32,000 bases of DNA from Candidatus Saccharimonadota bacterium (GTDB lineage Bacteria; Patescibacteriota; Gracilibacteria; UBA1369; 2-02-FULL-48-14). Under the pieces are notes generated by a model. It was not told the origin of the DNA. It saw only the letters and a program-made list of their open reading frames with translations, and made no database searches. Positions 15,742 through 23,381 of this stretch are shown one piece after another. The position numbers and the translations under genes were made by a program. The stretch covers positions 1 to 32,000 of the forward strand of contig CP064962.1 in the NCBI GenBank assembly GCA_016699145.1. Reading direction: 5' to 3'. Each line of letters begins with the position of its first letter. The first letter of the stretch is position 1.

Positions 15742-17814
15742 ATGAGATTTAAAACTTTAAAAGGTTCCACTCCTATGCCCGATCAAACAAAAAAAGAAAT
15801 TCCCATCAATGACGTTGAACGTATTACGAATACGGTCAATAGAATTCCAGTCGATCTAGATGTGAAGGTAGCTTTGGAAGGGAAACTAGACACCAAGGGC
15901 CTTGCCGATGTGAAAGCAAAGATAGGGATACCTGATACTTGCAAGCTTACACTTGTACAGAATGGAACCTTTACAAAGTTGCTCACCAAGGTGCTAGGGG
16001 AAGATGATTTCAGTCAATTGAATCAGAACCAAAAGTATTTTTTGGCAGTTTTAGAACTCATCCTAGAGCAGCAAGGCTTAAATGCGGGCAAAGTGCTTCC
16101 AGAAGACGAAATTTCTTTTGATTTCACTCGAGGAACTTTTATATGGACTAGAGGTGGAGAATACCTCGATGGAGGAGATTTACATCTAAAAAATCGCGCT
16201 GAAGCTATAAAAGCCACTTCCAGCGATATACAAGCTCTGAATGAAAAGTTGTTGAAAGAGGGAATACTCACCGAAGCCTTAATGGCATACAAGGACGACC
16301 CAAGTTTTCAAGCCAGAAAGAACTATCTAAAACAAGAAGGTTTTTGTGAACTAGTCAACGCATATTTACTCCATAAAAATCCGACTGCTCAAGCAATAAG
16401 CCCAGAAAATTATAAGGGCACGCCTGAACAAAATTTAGCCTATTTGCAAGCTTATTTGAATTTTGCAGAAAAATATCGCCTCCTTCCAAATACAGGAGGA
16501 GTTTCACCAATGTCTGCTCTAGAAGGCAAAGGAGAGGAAGTGCCAGTCATACGATTGGAACTAGGAGTTATTGAGGGCAAAGCCCCCGAAGTAGCAGTCC
16601 CCGAAGTAACAGTTGAATGGGAACCAAAGGAGGGACCATTCATTGAAATTCAGCCAGAGGATGTAGAGAAAGTAACAGACTTGGATGGCAATTCTTACAA
16701 AGAACCTGAGCCTAAGGGAAACGATACTAAACAAGAAGGAGAAGGGAAGAAAGATGAAGGGAAGAAGGGAGAAGGAACGGAGGGAGAAGAAAAGAAGGAG
16801 GAAACTCCTTCAGGTGAAACTCCTTCAGGTGAAACTCCTTCAGGTGAAACTCCAGAGGAACCCGAAGACCCTGAAGCCACTAGGGAAACTAGGAAAACAA
16901 CGAATGATGCAATACAGGCCCCATTTATTCTAGAAGAATTCGATCCATACGCAGACGAAGAGCAGTTACCCGTTGGCACTAAAGGGCAAAAAAAAACAAT
17001 TGTACCGGAAACTGCCGAAGCCATTGAAAGCATGAATCCACTGAAGGCAGAATGGGAAAGCATCACAGACAAGTTTAAGGAAAACTATCCTAATGCAGGG
17101 ATACAAGTAGCTTCTCTCGAAGAGGTACAATTGACCAAAGACCAATGGTCTGAGTTAGGAATTCAAAACTCTGAAAGAAACGGTATCGATAGAGAAAATT
17201 CAAAAGTAGTTCTGTTGAAAGGTTCTGGAGGAGAGCGCAAAGTCTTTATTATTGTTCAAGAAGGAGGGGCATCCTACCTCGACAAAGGAGTCACAGCCGT
17301 GATAGAACGAGGACCAATTCCCCCTCGATACATCCGAGGAAGTCAGGGAGAAACGATTACTTACCTCCAAGCCATGGAACAGATTTCAGAGACAGAAGGA
17401 TGGAGCGTATTAACCGGATTAAATCTGGCCGCTGAAGAATTGGGATTGGAAAGATCGCCTTCCGAAGGAGATCAAGAAGCTTGGGCAGATCCGTGGAAAG
17501 TCATCTCCAAACTGGAAGGTTATGCAATGGAGGCATATACTTCCCCCAGTGCAGGCCTGCTCCTAAGACTGGACGAAGCAAAAGAGGAATTAGAAAAACA
17601 TGAAGTCCAAGCAGCTTGGGAGAAAACATTGGGGGCAGATCTTGCCACACAGAAAAGAGAAGAAGCGCTCAAACTGATCAGACAGACGGAACTTCAACCT
17701 GCGATGCTTACTGTCAAAGCCGGCTCAACAATTTTCAATAAAATTGTTGAAAAAAGAATAGAAAGGGAAATAAATAAAGAAGATAAAAAGCCAAAACAAG
17801 AAAATGAACAATAG
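15742..17814 (+). CDS. orphan 690-aa acidic/Lys-rich cytoplasmic protein of unknown function
   Basis: A long ORF with no signal peptide or TM segment. It has a central E/K/G-rich low-complexity region with three perfect ETPSG repeats. Rare-looking codons (ata, cta, aga, agg) are more frequent than in neighbouring genes, by eye. An alternative start is ATG 15775, if the extended -10 TGTTACAAT at 15732..15740 is used. Confidence 0.6.
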   Translation: MRFKTLKGSTPMPDQTKKEIPINDVERITNTVNRIPVDLDVKVALEGKLDTKGLADVKAKIGIPDTCKLTLVQNGTFTKLLTKVLGEDDFSQLNQNQKYFLAVLELILEQQGLNAGKVLPEDEISFDFTRGTFIWTRGGEYLDGGDLHLKNRAEAIKATSSDIQALNEKLLKEGILTEALMAYKDDPSFQARKNYLKQEGFCELVNAYLLHKNPTAQAISPENYKGTPEQNLAYLQAYLNFAEKYRLLPNTGGVSPMSALEGKGEEVPVIRLELGVIEGKAPEVAVPEVTVEWEPKEGPFIEIQPEDVEKVTDLDGNSYKEPEPKGNDTKQEGEGKKDEGKKGEGTEGEEKKEETPSGETPSGETPSGETPEEPEDPEATRETRKTTNDAIQAPFILEEFDPYADEEQLPVGTKGQKKTIVPETAEAIESMNPLKAEWESITDKFKENYPNAGIQVASLEEVQLTKDQWSELGIQNSERNGIDRENSKVVLLKGSGGERKVFIIVQEGGASYLDKGVTAVIERGPIPPRYIRGSQGETITYLQAMEQISETEGWSVLTGLNLAAEELGLERSPSEGDQEAWADPWKVISKLEGYAMEAYTSPSAGLLLRLDEAKEELEKHEVQAAWEKTLGADLATQKREEALKLIRQTELQPAMLTVKAGSTIFNKIVEKRIEREINKEDKKPKQENEQ
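16801..16854 (+). repeat. perfect 15-bp tandem repeat, about 3.5 copies (GAAACTCCTTCAGGT), in frame and encoding (ETPSG)3
   Basis: Units at 16801, 16816 and 16831 are identical, and a partial unit follows at 16846. Confidence 0.95.
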
Positions 17815-18448
17815 AAAAGTAAAGCTTTGTAATCAAGCCCCCTGCCCCCTCCCCGCCACCATGGATCCACTCCCTCAAGAACTCGAACAAACGGTGCCTC
17901 AGGCTCAAAAAGAGCTGAGTACGGCCGAACAAATTCCTTTGGATGAACGTCCGACGGAGATTCGCATTGCCATTCCAACTCAAGCCTATTTTCTTTCGGG
18001 TATTCGAGATTTTGTAGTCAATTTGACCAAGAATCTTACGGGTTTTTCGTCTCAATGGGCTTATCGCTTTCAAGCTGGTGTGGATGAACTGTGCAACAAC
18101 GCCATCGAACACGGCAGCAAGGCTGGGGAGTTCATCAAAATCACTCTCATCAGCACCAAAAATAAATCGCTAGAAGTGATTGTAGAAGACACAGGCACGG
18201 GTAAAGACAAAATCACAGCAGAACAATTGACCGCTTTGCTTCAAGAGCGCCGTCAAATGATGGGCACTCAATACCTCGGTTTTCGCGGTCGAGGCCTGCC
18301 TAAAATCGTGGGGGAATGGACCGACGAATTGATTTTTGAGAACACCGCTGAAGGTGGAATTCGCGTAAAAGTAAAAAAATATTTACGAAAGGAAGAGGAC
18401 AAGGTAATCTCATCCCAGCAAAATTCTCCTAGCCATCTCTACGTATGA
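17804..18448 (+). CDS. RsbW/SpoIIAB-like anti-sigma-type Ser protein kinase (HATPase_c family)
   Basis: N-box ELCNNAIEHG, G1 EDTGTG and G2 GFRGRGLPKI. ATG 17804 overlaps the upstream stop by 11 nt; ATG 17861 is an alternative start. The stop overlaps the STAS start as ATGA. Confidence 0.8.
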   Translation: MNNRKVKLCNQAPCPLPATMDPLPQELEQTVPQAQKELSTAEQIPLDERPTEIRIAIPTQAYFLSGIRDFVVNLTKNLTGFSSQWAYRFQAGVDELCNNAIEHGSKAGEFIKITLISTKNKSLEVIVEDTGTGKDKITAEQLTALLQERRQMMGTQYLGFRGRGLPKIVGEWTDELIFENTAEGGIRVKVKKYLRKEEDKVISSQQNSPSHLYV

Positions 18449-18816
18449 CCGACGTTCAAATCACCATCGAAGATCTTTCAGGTGCCCCTCAAGGCAAAGT
18501 GCTCAAGTGGATTCGCATTGTGGGCCAATTGGATGAAAGCAACGTGGATGAAAAAGCCAAAGCCATTTATCAAATCATTGAAGGGGCGCCTCAAGGGCTC
18601 AGCTTGATTTTTGACTTCACAGGTTTGGAATACATGAACAGCAAATCCATCGGATACTTGACCGATTGGTACAGCAAAGTTTCTGCCAATGGAGGAAAAG
18701 TGGTGATCGCCGCTGCCCGAGAAAACATTCTCGATATTTTACAAGTGGTGGGACTCACTCAACTCATTCCCGCTTACGCCACGCTTGACGAAGCAAAACT
18801 GGCCGTGCTTCAGTAA
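18445..18816 (+). CDS. STAS domain protein (anti-anti-sigma / RsbV-SpoIIAA-like)
   Basis: A 123-aa protein. FTGLEYMNSKSIGYL aligns to the YMDS(T/S)GLG region of RsbV/SpoIIAA, with the Ser after Asn/Asp conserved. Confidence 0.8.
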   Translation: MTDVQITIEDLSGAPQGKVLKWIRIVGQLDESNVDEKAKAIYQIIEGAPQGLSLIFDFTGLEYMNSKSIGYLTDWYSKVSANGGKVVIAAARENILDILQVVGLTQLIPAYATLDEAKLAVLQ

Positions 18817-18822
18817 GCACCG

Positions 18823-19952
18823 ATGCAAGCTTCATTCGATTCATTAAAGGTTGCCTTGGTGTGCGATTGGCTCACCGTTTTTGCTGGAGCAGAGCGAGTG
18901 ATTTTAGAATTCCACGAACTTTTTCCAAATGCGCCCATTTACACCACGCTTTATAGCGCTAAAAATTGTCCTCAATTTGCCAAGGCTGAGGTGCGGGAAT
19001 CCTGGCTGCGCTTCATTCCAGGGGCACGCCGCTTTCATCGTCTCTTTTTGCCGTGGATGCCCAAAACCTTTGAGACCCTAGATTTGGATGGCTACGACTT
19101 GGTGCTTTCTTCCTGCCATTCCACTTCTAAAGGCATAGTCACTTCCCCTCGAACCTTGCACGTTTCGTATTGTCATTCGCCCATCCGTTATGTGTGGGAT
19201 CAATCGCATCGTTATCAAAAAGAATTCAAATCATTTGCTCCTTTTCGGTTTTTATTCTTGCCTTTTTTGAATCGCTTGCGCATCTGGGACCGTCTTGCTG
19301 CCGAACGGGTGGACGCTTACCTGACCAATTCCCAGTATGTGGCGCAGCGCATCCAAAAATATTACGGCCGCTCCAGTAAGGTCATTGCGCCTCCGGTGGA
19401 TCTCTTTAAATTTTCACCTTACGAAGGTCAAAGGCAAGATTATTATTTGGCCGTGGGACGACTGATTCCTTACAAGCGTTTTGATTTGATCGTAGACGCC
19501 TGTCGAAAAGCCGGTAAAAGTTTAAAAATCGTCGGGACAGGGCCTTCCTTAAAAAACCTTAAAAAACGTGGCTCGGAGCAAGTGGAGTTTTTAGGCAAAG
19601 TGAGTGACGAAGAGTTGAAAACCATTTATCAACATGCAAAAGCCCTCATTTTTCCTCAACTGGAGGATTTTGGCATCGTGCCATTAGAGGCCATGGCCTG
19701 TGGCACGCCTGTCTTAGCTTACAAAAAAGGAGGGGCGCTAGAAACCGTAACGGAAAATGTTTCAGGCCTGTTTTTGAGGAGCAAAATGTGGACAGCTTGG
19801 TGGATGCCATCCATCGTTTTGAAAAAAAAGAATGGAAGCCTGAAGAGGTGGCGAAAAGCGTGGAATCTTTTTCTTCTTCTCGATTCAAATCGGAACTTCG
19901 TCATTTTTTAGAAGCAGAATGGAATTCTCATCAGAGCCGCTTGCATGACTGA
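18823..19952 (+). pseudogene. GT4-family glycosyltransferase with one frameshift near its 3' end
   Basis: GT-B family features are present (EDFGIVPLEAMACGTPVLAYKKGGALETV). At the T5 run 19771..19775 the frame breaks. The +1-corrected frame reads GLFFEEQNVDSLVDAIHRFEKKEW...SRLHD and stops at 19950..19952, overlapping the next ATG by 8 nt. Confidence 0.8.
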
Positions 19953-21084
19953 ACCCCTCTGTATCGCCATCGATTTGAGACCTCTTTTGGATCCCAACGA
20001 AAGTGGAGTGCAAGTTTACGTGCGCAGCATTGTGAAACGCCTTCTTCAAGACAGGTCCATCGACTGGCTGCTCTTTTACCAAGCACGCAAACCTTGCCCA
20101 CGCATCCATACCTTGTTTCCACAAGTGCTGCACTTGCCGCATTCCAATAGCAAGTTTCATTTGGCCGCCGCGTTGCATTTTTCCAAACTGCCCAAAAAGT
20201 ATTTCCCAAAAACGCCCGACCTTTTGTGGATGCCCGACCGGCGCCCTTTTTACCGGTGCCCTTTCCCGGTCGTAATGACCGTGCACGATCGAATTCCAGA
20301 GAAAGACCGCAGCAGCCTTTCTTTAAAAAGTCGCCTTTGGCACCGCCTTTTCCCTTTAAAACGACTTTTAAAACTCAGCGATGGGCTCTTGTTCCCCAGT
20401 TTAACGGTGGCCCAAAGCCTCGCTTTCAAAGGTCCCAAGGAAGTGACTTACGAAGGAGTAGAACCTTTTGTAAAACCCAAACGTCCTCAAAGTTTATCCA
20501 GCGCCATAACGGCTAAAAATTTTTATTTGGCCCTCAGCCCCGCCGATCCTCGTAAACGCTTGGAATGGATCGCAAGAGCCGCCGCTCGTTTCCCAAAAAT
20601 GAATTTCGTAGTGGCTGGTTTGAAACCCAAAGACTCACGTTTTAAAAAGCTCGAACTCACTCGCCACAAAAACCTCCATTTTTTATCTTTTGTGAATGAA
20701 GAGGAGAAAACTTGGCTCTATAAAAACGCCAAAGCTCTTTTGGCCTTGAGTCGAGCCGAAGGGTTCGACTTGCCTGTCCTCGAAGCGGTGCGGGCCAAGT
20801 GTCCCGTTTTGCTTTCAAACATTCCTGTGCACCACGAGCTTTATAAAAATGCCGAGTGGATTCAAACAGAAGAAGATCTTTGGAAAGCCCTTTATTTGGG
20901 GCAAAAGGGCAAACTGAAAATCCCAACTCCTCGTGGCAACTACAACTGGGATTTCGCAGCTCAGCGCACTTTACTTTTCTTTTTGCGCGTACTCCGTCAC
21001 GAAGATGGAAAGCGTGGTCGCCACTGGCACAGCCATGATCATGCCCACGACACCCAAAGTTTCGAGCCCAATGAGCATCGCTAA
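19945..21084 (+). CDS. GT1/GT4-family glycosyltransferase
   Basis: EX7E-type region (EGFDLPVLEAVRAKCPVLLSNIP). The last ~35 aa read through the antisense strand of the convergent AI-2E transporter gene. Confidence 0.75.
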   Translation: MTEPLCIAIDLRPLLDPNESGVQVYVRSIVKRLLQDRSIDWLLFYQARKPCPRIHTLFPQVLHLPHSNSKFHLAAALHFSKLPKKYFPKTPDLLWMPDRRPFYRCPFPVVMTVHDRIPEKDRSSLSLKSRLWHRLFPLKRLLKLSDGLLFPSLTVAQSLAFKGPKEVTYEGVEPFVKPKRPQSLSSAITAKNFYLALSPADPRKRLEWIARAAARFPKMNFVVAGLKPKDSRFKKLELTRHKNLHFLSFVNEEEKTWLYKNAKALLALSRAEGFDLPVLEAVRAKCPVLLSNIPVHHELYKNAEWIQTEEDLWKALYLGQKGKLKIPTPRGNYNWDFAAQRTLLFFLRVLRHEDGKRGRHWHSHDHAHDTQSFEPNEHR

Positions 21085-22188
21085 AATAATGATGATGGGG
21101 TTGAGCCCAACGGCTTTTCGCATGACCAAAGGCACCAGAATGTGTCCTTCAATTTGTTGCAGCAGCGCAATAAGACCAATCATCCAAACAGCCAACCAAG
21201 GGGATTCGTTAAAGGCCACTAAAACGGCTGGAATTCCTGCGGCAACGGGGCCCACGACAGGCAAAAGTTCTGCAATACCCGTCATCATGGCCAAAGTGAG
21301 CGCATTGTCCACACCCAAAATCAAGAGTCCGATGAGACTCATGCCAAACATCAGAAACATGAGCGTGAGCTGTCCTTGCAGCCAAAATCCAACCTTATTT
21401 TGAACTGTTTTGATTTTGTGAGCAATGTAATCTCCATGCTTGGAAGGGAAGAGGGAGATAAAAAATTCGCTCACCGAGCGTTCGTTCACCACCAAGAAGA
21501 AGGTGAGCACCAAAACCATCACAAAGTTGATCACTCCATTGAAAATAACTTTAATCGCTCCGAAAGTATTGCCCGCCACAGCTTCCAATTGAGTGGAAAG
21601 ATTTTCCAAAGAACCTTTGATTTGGGCCACCACGGTTTCACGATCGATTTGATTCAAAAAGTCTTGAATGGCCGGTTGAATACTTTCTCCAAAAGGCAGA
21701 TCCAGTTCATTGCTGCTCAATTTGTCGAGAATGGTCGTCAAACTGTGTGCAAGCTCAGTGAGCTGGGTGGCCACCAAAGGAATGAGTTGCGAAATGAAGA
21801 ACACCAAGAGGAACAACAGTAGTAAATACATGCCCAAGACGCTGACCGCTCGAGGAACATGTCGTTTTTCCAAGAAATCCGCTGCCGGATTCAAGGCAGA
21901 AGCAAACAAAATGGAAATGAAGAACAATATAATAACAGAACTGATCTCTGCCAAAAACTTACTCAAAGCCATGAGCACCAAAACAGTAATGGTCGCTTTG
22001 GCCACGTTGCCAATCGAGAAGTAAATGAACGTTTCTCCTGGCTTCGCTTTTTTACTTTCAGGGGCATGAGGCTTTCGTACTGGATGCAGTTGAGCCTCAC
22101 GTTCATCCTTCAAATTCTTTAAAGTTTTTCTTAGACTTTTTAGATTTTTACTGGTGAATTGAATGAAGTTTGAAAGATTTTTTTCCAT
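20971..22188 (-). CDS. AI-2E family (PerM/UPF0118) transporter
   Basis: A polytopic protein with a family-typical C-terminal half (GIAELLPVVGPVAAGIPAVLVAF, LLQQIEGHILVPLVMRKAVGLNP). The start is set at MEKNLSNF (22188), 2 nt after the upstream gene's stop. Confidence 0.8.
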   Translation of the reverse strand: MEKNLSNFIQFTSKNLKSLRKTLKNLKDEREAQLHPVRKPHAPESKKAKPGETFIYFSIGNVAKATITVLVLMALSKFLAEISSVIILFFISILFASALNPAADFLEKRHVPRAVSVLGMYLLLLFLLVFFISQLIPLVATQLTELAHSLTTILDKLSSNELDLPFGESIQPAIQDFLNQIDRETVVAQIKGSLENLSTQLEAVAGNTFGAIKVIFNGVINFVMVLVLTFFLVVNERSVSEFFISLFPSKHGDYIAHKIKTVQNKVGFWLQGQLTLMFLMFGMSLIGLLILGVDNALTLAMMTGIAELLPVVGPVAAGIPAVLVAFNESPWLAVWMIGLIALLQQIEGHILVPLVMRKAVGLNPIIIILAMLIGLETLGVVGMIMAVPVATTLSIFVTEYAQKEK

Positions 22189-22190
22189 GG

Positions 22191-22697
22191 CTATTGGGTT
22201 ACAAGAAGAAGAAGAGCATTGACAATGAACCAAGAAACCAGCACCAAAACATAACCACCAATCGCATACGTAATAATGGTTTTTCCTTTTTCTTTGTCTT
22301 CAGTGACGGCGCCCAAAATATAATAATATCCACCCACCACAATCATCAGCACCACCAAAATACCCGCCACATTGATGACAAATTCCAGGGCATAATTGAT
22401 GAAATAAGGCAACATCCAAAATTGCATGTTCCCAGATTTGAGGGCGCAAGTGAGCATTTGCTCGGAACTTACGACAAAGCCATCAATCGTCTGAGACTCA
22501 GGCATTCCGTTATAACCATTTTCTGCATAGTCGGCAGTCCAAAGCTCCACCATGTCAAAACACTGCGCGATGCTTAAATTGTCCGCAACAGAATCGTCCC
22601 CTCCCGGCAAAAGCCCTGTTGCCGCTTGGCTGAGAGGAACTCCAAAAAGCATCAAAATAAAGACGGAAAGAGGAAGGAACTTTTTAAGAAAATTCAT
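22191..22697 (-). CDS. secreted/membrane protein of unknown function (signal peptide plus two C-terminal TM helices, a VirB2/TrbC-like topology)
   Basis: Signal peptide MNFLKKFLPLSVFILMLFGVPLSQA, a soluble segment of about 90 aa with two Cys, then two TM helices. The topology comparison is inference only. Confidence 0.45.
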   Translation of the reverse strand: MNFLKKFLPLSVFILMLFGVPLSQAATGLLPGGDDSVADNLSIAQCFDMVELWTADYAENGYNGMPESQTIDGFVVSSEQMLTCALKSGNMQFWMLPYFINYALEFVINVAGILVVLMIVVGGYYYILGAVTEDKEKGKTIITYAIGGYVLVLVSWFIVNALLLLVTQ

Positions 22698-22715
22698 GCA
22701 AGTGCGTGTGAATTC

Positions 22716-22747
22716 ACTTTAGAGGCTAAGTCAAAAAAAGACCAGGC
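22716..22747 (-). promoter_or_regulatory. copy 2 of the conserved ~32-nt motif, upstream of the 168-aa/AI-2E operon
   Basis: The minus strand reads GCCTGGTCTTTTTTTGACTTAGCCTCTAAAGT and ends 18 nt before ATG 22697. It overlaps the last codons of yggS. Confidence 0.35.
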
Positions 22748-23372
22748 CTTTGGGCAACCCTTCTTCAAAAAGCACCGTGCCCAATCGTAGCAAGGTGGCC
22801 CCTTCCTCAATTGCCAAAACATAATCTTGACTCATCCCCATAGAACATTCCGGCAAGGCTCCTTGCAAAGACTTTAAAAGCCGAAATTGCTGACGTGCAA
22901 GCTCAGGTTCACGAGTGGCCATGCCCATCACGCCTTCCACTTTGAGGCCCGGCAAAACCCAAGCAGCTTCCAATAAATCCTTAAAAGCTTCAGGGGAAAC
23001 TCCACTGCGTTGCGAAAGGCCCGACACATTCACTTCAATATAAATGCGCAGAGTTTTTCCCAGCTTCAACGCCGCATCCGAAAGTTTTTGTGCCTGCTCT
23101 AAATTTTCTACGCTTTGTACCCCATCAAAAAGTCGAGCCACGTCCTTAATCTTGCGCGATTGCAACTTGCCAATGAAGTATTTTTCAAGCCGCTCAAACC
23201 TGTCACCAAGCAAAATGCGTAGCTCCTCGAATTTTTCCGACGCCTCTTCCACCCGATTCTCTCCAATGCGAAAAAGCACGGGGTTTTCGCGCAGCAACTT
23301 CACAATTTCAGCCGCGCTGCGTCCTTTAGTCACGGCAAGCACCTTGTACCTGGAAGAAGAATCCGTTATCAT
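22731..23372 (-). CDS. yggS: YggS family pyridoxal-phosphate homeostasis protein
   Basis: LAVTKGRS (PLP-binding Lys), FIGKLQSRK and SMGMSQDY..EEGATLLRLGTVLF. The ATG is at 23372; the track's TTG is at 23378. Confidence 0.85.
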   Translation of the reverse strand: MITDSSSRYKVLAVTKGRSAAEIVKLLRENPVLFRIGENRVEEASEKFEELRILLGDRFERLEKYFIGKLQSRKIKDVARLFDGVQSVENLEQAQKLSDAALKLGKTLRIYIEVNVSGLSQRSGVSPEAFKDLLEAAWVLPGLKVEGVMGMATREPELARQQFRLLKSLQGALPECSMGMSQDYVLAIEEGATLLRLGTVLFEEGLPKGLVFF

Positions 23373-23381
23373 CTGCAATAT

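Noticed and set aside
14898-15752. A 284-aa ORF on the plus strand, longer than rpsB itself
   Set aside because: It is exactly antisense to the unmistakable S2 gene and its leader. It has His/Phe/Val-rich shadow-ORF composition, no motif and no plausible start context.
16801-16854. Tandem repeats here and at 29471..29506 considered as a CRISPR array
   Set aside because: The units are 15 and 12 bp, directly abutting with no spacers. One set is in frame inside a CDS. No cas genes are present.
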